Assembly: GCF_000281045.1 (NCBI RefSeq)
Contig: NW_008246080.1
Location: 620,169 to 684,168 of the forward strand
Direction of reading: 5' to 3'
DNA from: Saprolegnia diclina VS20
Taxonomy: Eukaryota
DNA length: 64,000 nt
Of the stretch, positions 37,401 to 51,437 are shown piece by piece. Position 1 is the first letter of the stretch; the number at the start of each line of letters is the position of its first letter. The notes below the pieces were generated by a model. That model made no database searches, had not been told where the DNA came from, and saw only the letters and a list, made by a program, of their open reading frames with translations. The position numbers were made by a program, and so were the translations under genes.

Positions 37401-40400
37401 GAGCGGTACTATGGCCACGGCGACAGCACTATGTTTCCAGGCATTGGGTCGACGCCGCCGCTTCAAATCCCGACCAACAAGTGCTTTGTCGTGTTCCGGA
37501 CCATGGAGAACGCCGGTACATTTTTTGGCTACCGCTTCACCGCGGTCGCCAAGGACACGCGCCACGTAGTGTCGCTCTCGGTGCCGCGCCACTTGCTATC
37601 GGCGCTGAGCGCGACGCTGGGCAGCATTGCGACCAAGGCGTGGTCGACGTGGAGCCCGACAGAGGCGTCCGAAGTCGAGCACGAGTCGCTCTTGCAGACG
37701 CCGCTCTTCCGCGGTGGTTTGCGCGCCGAGTCGCCGGTCGCGTTCTTGCACGAGCTCATCGAGCTACCCGAGGGGTCGCCAGCCGAGACGGTCGCCAAGC
37801 TCCTCAAGGCCAAGACGATCCAGGACCAGGGCGCTGTGCCGTACATCAACCGCGCCGTGCGGGCCGTGGCCGCCGCCCTTTTGCACCACAACGGCGTGAC
37901 CATGGATGCGATCGCACTCTCGCAGGGCCTTCGGAGCGATGCGAGCGCGGCCTTGCTCAAAGCGTGGCGCAACGCACAGAAGATGCGCCATTGGCTTCAT
38001 CTCGGCGATGCCAAGCCCGCGACCGAGTCCAAGCCGACGCTCAAGCGACAGCCGTCCGCGTACGCCGGTGCGTCGGACGAAGCGCTCCAAGTGCTCTGTG
38101 CCAACGTTGTCGCACGGGCGCGCTTCCTTTTGACGCTCGAGCCAGCGACGTTGCTCGAGGACGATGGCAGCGCGACCAAGCGCCGGTGGGGGGCGCTGGC
38201 CAAGCTTGCGAGAAGCCACACGCCGGATGCGAATGCGTCGCTGATGACCAAGTGGCACGCGCTCATCGACGAGGCCAAGGCGGCGACGGACCTCAAGGCG
38301 CTTCTCAGCTACCGCAAGAGCGCTGCGGGCCGCGACCCGACGGCCAAGACGACGACGGAGCTCGTGCTCGGCTTTGTGCAGAGCGATGCGAGCGTGGCGG
38401 ACGTGTCGAGTACCATTGCCGTGCGCAACGCACGCGCCTTGCTGCGCGGCGTCGGCTTGGACGCGCTTCATGCTGTGGTCGCGACCAAGACTGGCGTCTC
38501 GCCGGCCGTCGTGTTGGACCAGTTTGCCTCGACGTTGCAGGCGTCGGCAGCGCCGACCGTGCAGCTCACGCGGAGCTTGGAAGGCAGCGACGTTCTCGGT
38601 CGCGTGCGAGTCCGGTCGGCGTTCAGCGCCGTCGTCGGTCGCCTCGCGTCGGCGTTGACACCGCCCTCGGACGAAGCGTTGCTTGTCGCAAGCCTCAAAC
38701 TGCTGGCGATGGACTTCGAGCCGCGTGACGTCGAGTACCTCACGCCCGACCTCGTCACGCTCGTGTTCGACTTGCTCTTGTCCTTGCGCCCGACGGTGCG
38801 GCACGCGGCCCAAGCGACCATTCGACTCTGGTGCGACTGCTTCCTCGGCGCAGACGTGGCGCGCTCGTCGCCGTTGACGCCGCTGCTGGTGTCGCTCTTG
38901 CAAAACTACACGGCGCTCGCGACATCGACGCTTTTGGCGGCGGACGCAGACCGTCGCCCGATGCACTTGGCCCGCGGCATGCACCACGTGCCATTGGAGC
39001 TCGTCGCGCATAACGTCTTTGCGCTGCATTTTGCACTGTTTTGCGAAGCGCTGCCGATCCGCTTGCTCAAGATGGGCGACCGTGTGACGCGCGGCCCGCA
39101 GTGGAACCTCTTTGGTGACGACGCACTCGGCATGGGCGTCGTCGGCACCGTCGCCAAGCTCGACGGCACGGCGGCGGCGGTGCAGTGGCGCACGGGCGAC
39201 GGTGTGCTTGGCGAGAGCGGCGAGGCCAGTGCAACGACCAAGTTTTTCCACTACTCGGACGCCGCCCAAGAAATCGTACCTCTCGATCGCGACGCGAGCG
39301 GCCTTGTCTGCGCATTTGAGAACGAAACCACCGAGGTCTGCCGACTGCACATCAACTTGGCCGGGTGCTTCGAGCTCCAGATCGGCGCCGACGTGGTGGC
39401 GACGAGCGGCGCGCCAGTGCCAGCGTCGCTTTGGCACCGAGTGGTGGTGACCCGCCAAGAATCGTCGCTCCAAGTGCTCCTCAACGACGACGTCGTACTG
39501 AGTCATGTGCTGCACGACGCTGCTCTCTCGGTCGTGTTTGGCCAGACTCGGCTTTTGCAGCAAAAGCCTGCGGCCGCCTTTGTCTCGATGCACGCCGACA
39601 CACCACCGTCGACGGAAGCCCCGAAAGACGGTGAGCTGGACGTTGGCTTGCATCTCATGAGCACGCTTTTGTCGACGGCGACGTCGGCGCCGCAGGTGCT
39701 CAAGCCGCAGAGTACGCTCCAGCACGTCGTGCAGCTTGCCTACGCTGCGCAGAGCCCCGTGGCCATCCGCGTCGCGGCACTCCATGTGCTGTCGAGCTTG
39801 CCGGACGTGGCGACGGTCGCGCCGGCGTTGGCGGCGGTCGTGGCGTCGAGCGATGTCCTTGGCTACACGCTGAGTGTCCTTGGCACACTGCTGTACCCGG
39901 ACAGTAAAGCCGAGACCCCGGCCTTTTGTCTCGCCGACCACGACGCGCTCTGGCTCGCGTCGGCTTACGCCCGGTTTGCTCGCTTGTACGCGGCGCAGAC
40001 GGCGTTGCTGCCCGAGCTGGCCGACGGTATTGTCAAAAGTCTGCGCTGCCTCGAGCGATTCGGCGAGGCACATGAGCACGAGAAGCGCGCGGTGCTGGCG
40101 TCCATGGCGCTGCTTGGTGGCCTCCACGACACACTTGTCCTGGGTGGCACGGTCAAGTACAAGGCTTTGGGCGATCCCAAGAGCATCGTGCGCGGTGTCT
40201 GCATCGCGTTGGACCTCATGCAGAGCACCGCGTGCGTTTTGCCAGAGGGCGACCACGCCAAACTCGAGTACGTGCTCCTCGACGACGTTGCGGCCGACGC
40301 AACGCCACCGGTGCACGACGACGTGACGCCGTTGATCGCGGCGCTCGATGCACCATTATTACTGCAGGGCTTGCACGCGCTGCTGTCGATGCGCTGCGAA

Positions 40401-43400
40401 CTGCCGCTGTGGGTGCTCGACGTTCGCGCGCGGGCCCTCAAGGCCCTTGAGCGCATCGGACTTGGTATTGGCGGCGTCGAGGCTCTTGTGCCCCAGTGGC
40501 TCGCGCTGGCGCGGGCGCCACCGGCGGGGCAGATGCCGCCGTCCAAGCGCCAAACGCTCACGTTCCAGTCCGGACACCCGTACGCCAACTCGATCGACGT
40601 GTACCAAACGATCTGCGTTGAAGGCGCGACGGGCCTCCGCGTGACGTTTGACGAGCGGTGTCGCACCGAGCACGACTACGACTATGTCAAATTTTACAAG
40701 GACGACTCGTACAACGAGATCTGGGGCGAGACCCAGTACACCGGGCGTGACGGCAGCGAAAACTGGGCCGGTTTCGGTGGCCGCCCGCCGCTGGAGATTC
40801 CGACCAACAAGTGCGTATTGTACTGGCACACGGACGGCTCGGGCAACGACTGGGGCTGGCTCGTCCAGATCGAAGCCATTTTCGACAAGAAGGAGGCCAA
40901 GACCTCCGCCGCCTCATCGTCGTCGTGGTCGCTCGACCAGTTGCAGCAGCGGGCGTTCCACCTCTCGGACCTCTTGCACCAGCACAACGTGTCGCCCAAC
41001 ACGCTGGCGCCGGCGTTGCCTGCTCCGATCGACGACACGCTGCCCGAAACGTGGCAGGTGTCGCCCAAGTACTTTTACCCGGCAGCGTCGACCGCGTACA
41101 TGGCGGCAATCGACGTGACGTTGCACGCGTCACCGGACGTGACAAGTGACGTCGTGACGGTTGTGCCAAAGCACGGACCACTCACGTTGCTGGCGTCGGA
41201 CGGTCGCTGGGTGCACGTCGCGACGGAGGACGCGGACGGCTGGACACAAGCGCGTGACGACGACACGTTTTACGTGCTGCCGGCAACGGCGCCGCTCGCA
41301 CGTACCAACACGTCGATGCTGAACGCTGTCGCTGAGCCGTATGTCATTGGACCTGTCACGGGGCTGCTCAAGCCGTCGGCGGACGACGACATGGGTGCGG
41401 ACGAGCTCGAGGCGCACTTTGTGCTCAAGACCAAGCCGAGCGACAAGACGCTCGTGCCATTGGCGCTCGGCGATGTGCTGCACAACCTTTCGGCGCAGTA
41501 CGCACGCAAGTGCCTCCAGGCGGTGTGCCTCGCGACGACCGACGGCGTCTCGGCGCCCGTGTTTCTCGAGCTCTGCGATCTCTTTGTGTTTGAGCGCGAT
41601 CCCGAGCGGCCGGACGCCAAGTTTGCGGCGCAGTTGCGGCACCTTGCGCGTCAGCACGAGTCGTTCCGATGCGACGTTGTCGCGCGCAGTGTGCGCCAGC
41701 TGGACGCGGCCGTGGCGCAGCTCCCGACGTCTTCGGTCGTCAATTACGTGCACATTGAGAAGACGCCGCCACTCGGCCAGCGCCGCGTGCACTTTCCCGG
41801 AGCGTCGCGCCTCCGCATCGTGTTCCGTGAAGACGATACAAACGTGACCAACCCCGATGACGCGCTGCGCTTTTACCACCCGAACGGCACGCTGCTCGGG
41901 CAGTACACGGGCGCTAAAGACTCGGGCGTGTGGCCTGGTATTGGCAGCGTTCCGCCGCTCGAGGTCGACGGCGACACGCTCATCTTTGTCAACTACGTGC
42001 CGAGCTTTGCCGACACGGGCAGCCACGCGTTCAAGGTGTACGCCGAAGGCTTTTACTTGACGCCCGAGGACCCGCCGGTCTTTGATGCGTCCGTGCTTGA
42101 AGGGCGGATTCGACTGTGCTGCTGGGTGCTTCAAGTGCTCGCAGAGAGCGACCTCTTGCTCGCTAGTCTCGTGGCCAACGCGACGTTGGTCACGACGCTG
42201 GAGCTGCTCGGACACGTGTACCAGCTACTGCCGCCGTCGCACCAGGTGCGCGTGCTGGACGCGCTCTGCGGTCTTTTGCGCTCGAAAGTGTCGGCGACGA
42301 GGCTGCTGCAAGCTCTCTCGACGGCGCAGATCCAAGCTCTGCATGCGTTCGTGCACACCAAACTGCTCTTGCGCCACGACATTGACAAGCACTATGGCGA
42401 CGACCGGTCGCCGCTCATGCACCGGCTCGTGCAGTGTGCGCTTGCGTGGGACACGCAGCTCGCTTCGTATCTCCAGACGCTGGCCGTCGACGACGACGTG
42501 CGGTGGTTGACGCCGGACGGCACCGGTGCAACGACGGTCACGGCGGCCGCGACGGAGCCCCCGACTCTTGTCCAGACCACAAGAGGGTATGTGTCGGGGC
42601 TGCATACGTGGGAGATCACCGTGCACGGATGCGTCGACGTCGGGGTCGCCACCGACGGCGTTGTTGCTGCCAGTGTACCTGCCACCGATGCCGATGTCGT
42701 CTCGGTCGAGCTGGATATCGCGCACCAGGTCGTGACGTTCCGGCGCAACCGTGCATTGGTGTGCCGCAATGAACTGCCGTCGTCGATGCAACCGTGGTTC
42801 CCCGCTGTGCTGTTGGCAGCACCGGGCGACGCAGCAACGATTCGGGCACGGTCGCTGCTCGCCGACGCCATTTCGCTGGACCACGTCGACCCGTGGTATG
42901 CCGACGTCCGCAGTGCGATGGCCATGGTCGACACGGTCGCTGCTGGCACACCGTCGTCGGCCGTTGCGCTCACACCGTCGAGCGACGTTGTGCACGTCCC
43001 AGGCGCCAAGACGTTGCAACTCGTACCGCAAACCGACAGCGGCGCGCACGTGCCGGGCGGCGTCACGGTCGTCGACGCTTTGGGGGCTACGACAACGTTC
43101 TCGGCGACCGACTTGCATGCTGCGGTACCGTCGCCGGCATCGGCTCTACCGTTGTATACCAAGGTGGTCCGAGGCAGCGACTGGCAGTACGGCGACGAAG
43201 ACGGTGGCGCCGGCAACGCAGGTGTCGTCGTCGGAACTGCACCGTGGAATGGCGTACCGGACGCCGGTGTTCGCATCTTTTGGCGCAAGACCGCATTCCA
43301 AGGCTTGTACCGCCACAACTACCTCGGGACGTTCGACGTGCTGCCGTTATCGCCTTTGACCAAGGCCATCGTCGCGGGTCCGTCGCTCACGATCGCACCG

Positions 43401-46348
43401 ACGTCGCCGACACCGAGCATGGCGCTCGACGGCCGCCACGAGATTGTGCTCTCGGATCTGCCGTCGCTGCATGACGAGTGCACGCTGCAGTTTTGGCTGC
43501 GCGTGACGCCGATCGACAGCGACCGCACGCGCCAGTGCATTTTTCAACTTGGCGCTGCGGACGATGCGTGGCACCTGCGCCTCGAACTCAACGCCAAGCG
43601 CCAGCTCGTGCTCGGCATGGCCAGCGCTAAGCTCGAAGGTCCGACGCTGCCCGAGGCCACGTGGATCCGCATCGAAGTGGGGACGTGCGGGTCGCTGTTA
43701 GCGTTGCACGTCGACGGCGCATTGAGCAGCCACGAGCGCTTTGGCGAAAAGCTGGATTGGCGTGACGCCGGTGCGTCGACACTGGTGTTTGGCCGTCCGT
43801 TTGCGGGGCCGACGCCATCCGACGCGTTTGTTGGCCACGTAGCCGCGATCCACGTCTATGACGCGCCACTGCACTTGAAATCGTACGCTGCCGCCAACGT
43901 ATTCTCCGACGTCTGGGAGACCAACGGCATGGCGCCGCTGCCGCCGCCGTCGTTTGATGCTCTCCTGGCGCAGGTACAACTGATGCGCTTGATGTATATA
44001 CCATGGCAACTGTGTAGGCGGCCGAGACGACAGAAGACGTGCCGCCGGAAGCCACGTTGCTCGCGCAACTCGAAACGCGCAACGCGGGCACGTCGTTCCC
44101 GTCGCTCCGCCCGAAGGGTGTCGGCATCACGGAGGCGTCGGCGCACACCAAGATTTACTACGAAATGACGTTGCTCGACGGCAACGCCAACCAGATTGGC
44201 TGGAGCTTTGGCGACGTGACGTTCACGGGCTGTGGGACGTCCACCACCGGCGTCGGCGACGTCGAACACAGCTACGCGATCGATCTGAACCGCATGGTGC
44301 TCTGGCACGGCGACAAGCAAGAAATTGACGTTGTTGCGTGGACTGCTGGCGACGTCCTTGGCGTCCTACTGGACACGGAGGCGTGCGTCATGACGTTCTC
44401 GGTCAACGGCGTGCTGCTCCAAGATGTGTCGTTTCAACGCGACGACGACGACGACGAGAGCTGGCTGAGCCACGGGCCGGTGTACCCGAGCGTGTCGCTA
44501 TCGACAAACGAAGGCGTGCTCTGGAACATTGGCCATCTCCCGTTCCGCCACTGCCCCGAGAGCTACGTCTCGGTGCTCACGGCCGCCGACGCACCGACGG
44601 ATCGTATCGCGTTTGAGATCTTTGACCTCGAGCGCCAGGCGTGGCACGATGTCGGCTTTTGGCACCGCGTGCAGCCCGGGTGCCGCCCGCGCCTCGTCGG
44701 CACCTGCCTTTCGTCGATCGATGCGTGCGACGTGCCGTCGCCCATCTACCCGATCGGCGATCTCCACATCGTGCCAGCGTCGGCGACTCTCGGTGTCCTG
44801 CCGTCGGATGCATCGCCGGCGGAACTGGCCGAGCTCGTCCGGTACATCAACCAGCTGTGTGCGTCCAAGGGCTGGACTAAGCGCGAGCTCCTCGACTTGG
44901 GCTGGGCCAACGTCGCGCCAAAGTCGGACGACGAGCTCGTCAAGTGGCCGCTCTTGCACCAATCGGCGGCGTCGCTTCCAACGCACTTTGCGCTGCTGCA
45001 AGCGCTCAACCTGCGCATGGACGCGCATTTGCTACTGTATGTTGGCGTCGAGTACACGGGCGGCGCGCACGTTCCGGCCCTTCTGCACTCGCTCATGGCG
45101 TGCCGCGACTACATGTACGGTCTCGTCAAGCAAGGGCTTTGGGACCGCGAGATGGCCGCGACGGCGATCCCCGGCACAAGCAAGACGCTGGTGCTCAACC
45201 GACCGAAAGCGGCCCGGCACCTCGGCGGCGGCCTCAACCCATTTGCGCTCTTTTTGCAAGCGCACCAAGGCCTCAAGTCGTACAAACCCGCCGAGTTTTG
45301 CGCGTCGAGTCGACTGTACACCGTGACGTTCCTCGGCGAGAACGCGATTGACGTGGGCGGGCCGTACCGCGAGACCTTTTCACAGTTTGCAGCCGAGCTC
45401 CAGAGTGCACAGCTGCCCCTCTTGCTCCCGACGCCCAACCACGTGCACAATGTCGGCAACAACCGAGACGCGTACGTGCTGCACCCGACAGTGTCGCCAA
45501 GTTTGCTCATCTTCCTCGGCAAGCTCCTCGGTGTTGCAATGCGCTCGAAGGAATACCTCGCTCTCAACTTGAGTCAAGTGGTCTGGAAGCTTTTGACGCA
45601 CGAGACGCTGACGATCGACGACCTCGAGGCCATCGACAGCCTCGTCGTCAGCTCGATGAACTCGATCCGGCGCATCGACAGCGACGGCGTCGACGCCAAC
45701 TCGTTCGAAGACGTCATCCAAGAGACCTTTGCAACGCTCTCGACCGACAACCGCACAGTGCCGATCGTCCCAGGCGGTGACGCGATCGCCGTCACGTTTG
45801 AGAACCGGGGTGCATTTGCGGACGGCGTCGAGACGTACCGCTTGCACGAGTTTGACGCTGCCGCCAAGTTCTTGCGCGAGGGGCTCGGACTCGTCGTGCC
45901 CCTCCAAGTGCTGCGACTCTTCTCGTGGCGCGAGGTCGAGATGATGGTGTGCGGGTCACCGGCCATCGACATGGACTTGCTGAAGGAGTGCACCGAGTAC
46001 AGCTGCTGCGAGCCCACGGACGCGCACGTCAAGTGGTTCTGGGAGGTGCTCTGCGACGACTTTTCTGAAGAGAGCAAGCGCATGTTTCTCAAGTTTACGT
46101 GGGGCCGCATCCGCCTCCCGCGCTCGAAAGCCGAGTTTGGCCAGCTCTTCAAGCTCCAAAACAACGCCCGCGACCCGCCGGATACGTATTTGCCCGTGTC
46201 GCACACGTGCTTTTTCTCACTGGAGCTGCCAAAATATTCGTCCAAGGCGATTTTGACCCAGCGGCTCATGTACGCCATCTACAACTGCCACGCGATTGAC
46301 GGCGACGGCGACGCGCTCGCGGCCAACCAACTCGGCTGGGAGGACTAG
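34482..46348 (+). CDS. Giant HECT E3 ubiquitin ligase (about 3940 aa; intron 43974-44017)
   Basis: The GT-AG intron joins the 3228-aa and 769-aa ORFs in frame; HECT 'FLGENAIDVGGPYRE' and 'LPVSHTCFFSLELPKY'; MIB/HERC2-like 'VVRGSDWQYGDEDGG'; SPRY 'IYYEMTL...QIGW'; CUB-like 'QSGHPY'. Confidence 0.92.
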
Positions 46349-46771
46349 AGTTTCCTGGATCCTGTAACTAACTGCATGTGTACGACATCACGATATTGTG
46401 GGTTTGGGAATTGCGTTCCGGTGGACCCACGATGAATTCTCGGGTTGGACTATCGCATTGGATGTCGTAAGGCATAAGAATGGCGACGACACTGTCGACG
46501 CTTTGGAGCATGCAAATACTGTGCTTGCAGCGATCGTGCGACCCGAAATGGTGGCGAGAGCTTTCGAAAGGCGCTTGCACCATCTCGCACAGCGCTGGGT
46601 CGAAAAGGTGCTGGGACGTTCGCCACTCGAGTGCTACAGGTAGGAACAAACCTGTTGTCGTTGCGCATCAAGGCAGCAAGAAAGAGAACGTCCACCGCTC
46701 GCTCTTGCACGAGACATCGCAGTGAGATTGTATCCGGATAGCAACGCTGCCAGAGTGGAATTGGTCTCAAG

Positions 46772-47373
46772 ATGGTCATGCCTCCAACAGCAGCGACAAC
46801 GAACCCCGAGACGACCGCACGTGATTCTGTCGACCCTGTGAAGCGCATCAATCGAGCGATCGAGGCTCTGGACTGGGATGCCGCGCAGGCCGCTCTAAAC
46901 GTCATCGACAACGACGGCTTTTGGGTCTGCTCTGCGACCGAGGCCGACTGGGATCGCTACGTCGAGTCGGAAGAGCAAGAGATGAAATCTCGCCACTTTG
47001 AGTTTCGAGACGGCTCAATATACCTCATCGAGATGAGCGGTGGACTTCACGGCAGCATTGCTGCTGGCATCGACGACGCGATCAAGGAGGCCACGAGGCC
47101 AGAGGTCACGGGGACATACGATCGAGTCCTCTGGGGGCACCGCGACGCGTACGTCGACACGACTCACGAACCAGCGGCATACAAGCTACCGAAGCTCGCA
47201 CCCGACTGTAGCTACGGTCCAGCACTCGACATTGGCGCCATCTTTCCCGACTGGCCCCTCGACCTCCGCTGGAACGAGTTCCATACGCTCAAGGTCGAGG
47301 TCGGCATCAATCAAGGCTGGCGAAGTATGAACGCTAAGGTGCTGCGATACTGCGCCTTTCCCGGCATTCGCTA
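46772..47373 (+). CDS. Uma2-like nuclease copy 2 (3' end in assembly gap)
   Basis: Open frame with 'KLAPDCSYG' and 'TLKVEVG', highly similar to 60342-61199; runs into N at 47374. Confidence 0.75.
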
Positions 47374-49264
47374 NNNNNNNNNNNNNNNNNNNNNNNNNNN
47401 NNNNNNNNNNNNNNNNNNNNNNNNNNNNNNNNNNNNNNNNNNNNNNNNNNNNNNNNNNNNNNNNNNNNNNNNNNNNNNNNNNNNNNNNNNNNNNNNNNNN
47501 NNNNNNNNNNNNNNNNNNNNNNNNNNNNNNNNNNNNNNNNNNNNNNNNNNNNNNNNNNNNNNNNNNNNNNNNNNNNNNNNNNNNNNNNNNNNNNNNNNNN
47601 NNNNNNNNNNNNNNNNNNNNNNNNNNNNNNNNNNNNNNNNNNNNNNNNNNNNNNNNNNNNNNNNNNNNNNNNNNNNNNNNNNNNNNNNNNNNNNNNNNNN
47701 NNNNNNNNNNNNNNNNNNNNNNNNNNNNNNNNNNNNNNNNNNNNNNNNNNNNNNNNNNNNNNNNNNNNNNNNNNNNNNNNNNNNNNNNNNNNNNNNNNNN
47801 NNNNNNNNNNNNNNNNNNNNNNNNNNNNNNNNNNNNNNNNNNNNNNNNNNNNNNNNNNNNNNNNNNNNNNNNNNNNNNNNNNNNNNNNNNNNNNNNNNNN
47901 NNNNNNNNNNNNNNNNNNNNNNNNNNNNNNNNNNNNNNNNNNNNNNNNNNNNNNNNNNNNNNNNNNNNNNNNNNNNNNNNNNNNNNNNNNNNNNNNNNNN
48001 NNNNNNNNNNNNNNNNNNNNNNNNNNNNNNNNNNNNNNNNNNNNNNNNNNNNNNNNNNNNNNNNNNNNNNNNNNNNNNNNNNNNNNNNNNNNNNNNNNNN
48101 NNNNNNNNNNNNNNNNNNNNNNNNNNNNNNNNNNNNNNNNNNNNNNNNNNNNNNNNNNNNNNNNNNNNNNNNNNNNNNNNNNNNNNNNNNNNNNNNNNNN
48201 NNNNNNNNACGACAAAGCTGCCCACGCTCTTCGAGCCCTCGGTCGGCGGTCAGCGTACGGGAGAACGTGGGGCTTCACCTCTGCGCAGCGTGCGAGGGCT
48301 ACTCTGTACATCAACGAAAGACGAGGGGCTTTGACAGAGCCCACTTTTCGGGTCGGCGTGCAAAAGGAGCTCGCTTTTACATTTAGTGCCCCACAGCTAT
48401 TGGCAAAATGCCAAAACTACTTGCTGACAAGCGACACGGTTTGGGATGCATCGATCATTCAACAGTCACCCTCGTCATCATCGCCTCAGTGACTGACAGC
48501 GTTTGTCGTTGTCAAGTTGCACCAACTACACTATTATGCGTACCAGTACACGAGCCCTGGCAATGCGGCAACAACGGACGCCAAGGTCATTCGCAGGACT
48601 TGGATGCGATGCAGCTCGGGGCCAAATGGCTCGGGCGGCCTTGGAAGAGGCCTTGGAGGGTTCAACCAACGCACCTACTGTGTGAAAGGGTACCACGCAT
48701 CGCAGTTATTAGTACGCGTACCAGAGTAGTACCGGTACTAGCAGCGAATGAGACGTTTTCGGGTTTGCACAGATCGCGACTGGTCGAGTGTCCGGCCTCG
48801 GAAATTTGAAAGCGGGGTAGGGTTCCTAGCCAAGTTGACATTCGGTTACGTAGTAGCCTATATAGGAGCGGATAGTGCGTTATCTTGTCAGTGGTATATT
48901 ACGTGGCGTTCCCCGCATAGTGCATCGTTATCAAGTCGTTTTAAGATTTGACTACACTTCGTCGGATCAAGCACCCTCTCAGTTGTTCTAGCCTTCTATC
49001 TTCTCTTGCATTCGCTCGTGGCGACGGCACATTGAGTGGCCGTAATCACGGCCGTCGAAGTGGCGTTTTTACCGCTTGGCATCGTCTACATTGTAATAGG
49101 ATTCGATCGTGACGTAGCCGTTTTGGGTGTTTTGGCTCTGTACGTTGGACACGATGAGCGATGGGGGCTTTCTCAGTATCGAGCACTCTCGTCCTAATAT
49201 GACGTGTGCTTCGGGCAAGTCTACAGTCAACACCTACGAGGTAGAGCACTTTCGATTCTGCACC

Positions 49265-51316
49265 ATGCCGCACACACCGCCAATGCGAGTTGCGAAAGCA
49301 GGAAGAACACAGCGCGTGACGTTCGCCGGCGTCTTGCTTTGCATGATCGCGGTGTCGACCACGGTTTTCTGCGTGCACCACCAGTTCACTGCCACGCCTC
49401 GGTAAACACGTGCCATACATTTAGGATAACAAACATATTTTATAGCCATGACGTGTCACTCCGCCACCCCGACTGCAGCTACGTGACGAGTGCCTTCGCC
49501 GAGCAGTACGAGGCCATGGCTCAACGCCCGCCGTCCGCGCCTCTCCAAGCTCTGCGACGGTACAGCGCGTATTACAATATGGCGCTACATAGAGCATGTA
49601 CAGGAGCGCGGCGTCCGACCCGATGGCGCAGCGGTCCTGGGCCGACTGTCTTCCTATGCGCACGGTGGTTTGCGGCGTCGCTGCTGGCTCTCAAGACACG
49701 CTCTTCACGCAGTCGCCGCCGTGTCGGTCTGCGGTTGTCCATCACTTGCTCGTTGCGACAATGGCCGTACGTACGTGGCCCGTGTCGGCCCCTTGAATAC
49801 TATTGCGCGTAGGCCATCGAAGCACAAGGTCATGTCGCGGTGCCCATTGGTCCAGCGCTGCAGCACCTCCTAGAATATTTCACCCTGCCCCCCGACGGCA
49901 CCTCGATCGATGTACGTCCTGCGTCTGCGACCGGCTTCGTTTTCAGCGTTCGCGTTCGTAGGTGCTCACCGACGCCGCAATCGGGAACCTCGCGTCGTGG
50001 TTTTGGGTGCGCGGCTTTGCCCACTTTGAGGACAACGCGACCGGTGCCAGCGTCACGTGCTTGGCACCGCATCACACCCTCGCCACCATTCTCTTTGGTG
50101 ACGACGCTCCGGATGCAACGCCACCGCATCTGCGATGGTCGACCATGCAAGCATTCGACGACCGGATCGTCCTTGCATCGGAGAAAAGCCATCCGTACCG
50201 ACGTGTGGAGATGGCGCCGCTGGGCTGTTTGCCGCTCTATGACGTATCGATCGCGGTACCGTCGCACCCAACAGCGTTTGTCAAGACACCACGGAGCATG
50301 CGACAGCACGACGTCGACATCCCGGGGCCGAGCTCGCGATGTAAAGCACTCTGCGACGACAGCACGCCGCGCGTTCAAACACACAGCGTACTCAACGCAT
50401 CGCGGTGCTCGGCGCGTCACGACACCGAGTTCAGTGCCCGATTAGCAACGTACACGCGTCACCCTCAGCGCCTGCACCTCACCGAGGACCACGCTCCGTC
50501 GCTCACTGTCTTGACAGACCACGTGAGTGACGGCAAAGTGTGGCAGTACTGCCTACCAATGCTACCGCAACAGTGCGGCGCCCGGCGCGGTACCAAGACG
50601 ACGCTTTTTGAGACGCCACCGGGCAAGCCTTGTCGATCCGCCGTGCTGCAGCTACTGCTCGAGAGCATACTTGAGCTTACTCACGAGCTCGACTTACCAT
50701 CGTTTGTATATTTTGGCACCCTTCTAGGTACATTTTCCTCTGATATTTAAACCTAGTAACCTGGTTTGGTGCGTGCAGGGGCGTGGCGTGACGAGGCCAT
50801 CATCCCCCATACACCGGACGTGGATGTCGCCCTGCCCTCCGAGACCGACTGGACAGCGCTGCAGGACGCAATGTGGGCACGCGGTGTCTATGTCTTCAAG
50901 CGCGACATTCATAGCGCCTGCATCGCGCCGCATCACCCCCTCGCAGCGCTTTTATACTCACCCACGGCAAGTGCAACCTCATGACGTGGCAGCGGGATTG
51001 ATGAGTTGGGTGTGTTTAGGCAACACTGGTCGACTCATCCATGCACGACACGCCGTACGTGGACCTCTATATGTGGCACAACGTGGGCGACCGCCATGTG
51101 CACATCGAGACGGCACACGACATGCCCGACTTCGATGACGTTTTTCCGCTGGTTTGCAACGCGAAAACCTTTGGCCAACCTGTACCAAGCATTCAGCGCC
51201 CCGAGGCCATGTTTCGCAGCGAGTACGGCACTACGTACGCTCATGATCCGAAGCTACACTTGGCGTCATGCGAGTCGTATTGCGACCACCAGCTTTTCGG
51301 TTCGAGTCGCGCATAA
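49265..51316 (+). CDS. LicD/fukutin-family nucleotidyltransferase-fold type II membrane protein, multi-exon
   Basis: N-terminal TM; 'FVYFGTLLG|AWRDEAIIPHTPDVDVAL' (intron 50728-50778) is the LicD signature; 'PYVDLY', 'SEYG'. Start and middle exons uncertain. Confidence 0.72.
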
Positions 51317-51437
51317 AGGCGGTAGTCTCAAAACACATGTGCAATTTCATGACTTCAACATGCAAAGGCGCCGATGAACTCTTGTATGATAATAAAATAG
51401 AAATATTGAGACGGAACGAACGGAGACTATTACTTGA

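Noticed and set aside
37764..40316. 850-aa antisense ORF, and similar shadow ORFs over VMP1, Cdc14, nucleolin and the kinases
   Set aside because: These mirror real genes. GC3-rich codon bias removes antisense stops, and the products are low-complexity with no motifs.
46350..46650. Short ORFs between the HECT gene and nuclease copy 2
   Set aside because: No recognisable motif or convincing codon bias.
46772..48344. 520-, 336- and 284-aa ORFs spanning the N run
   Set aside because: Artefacts of translating through the assembly gap.
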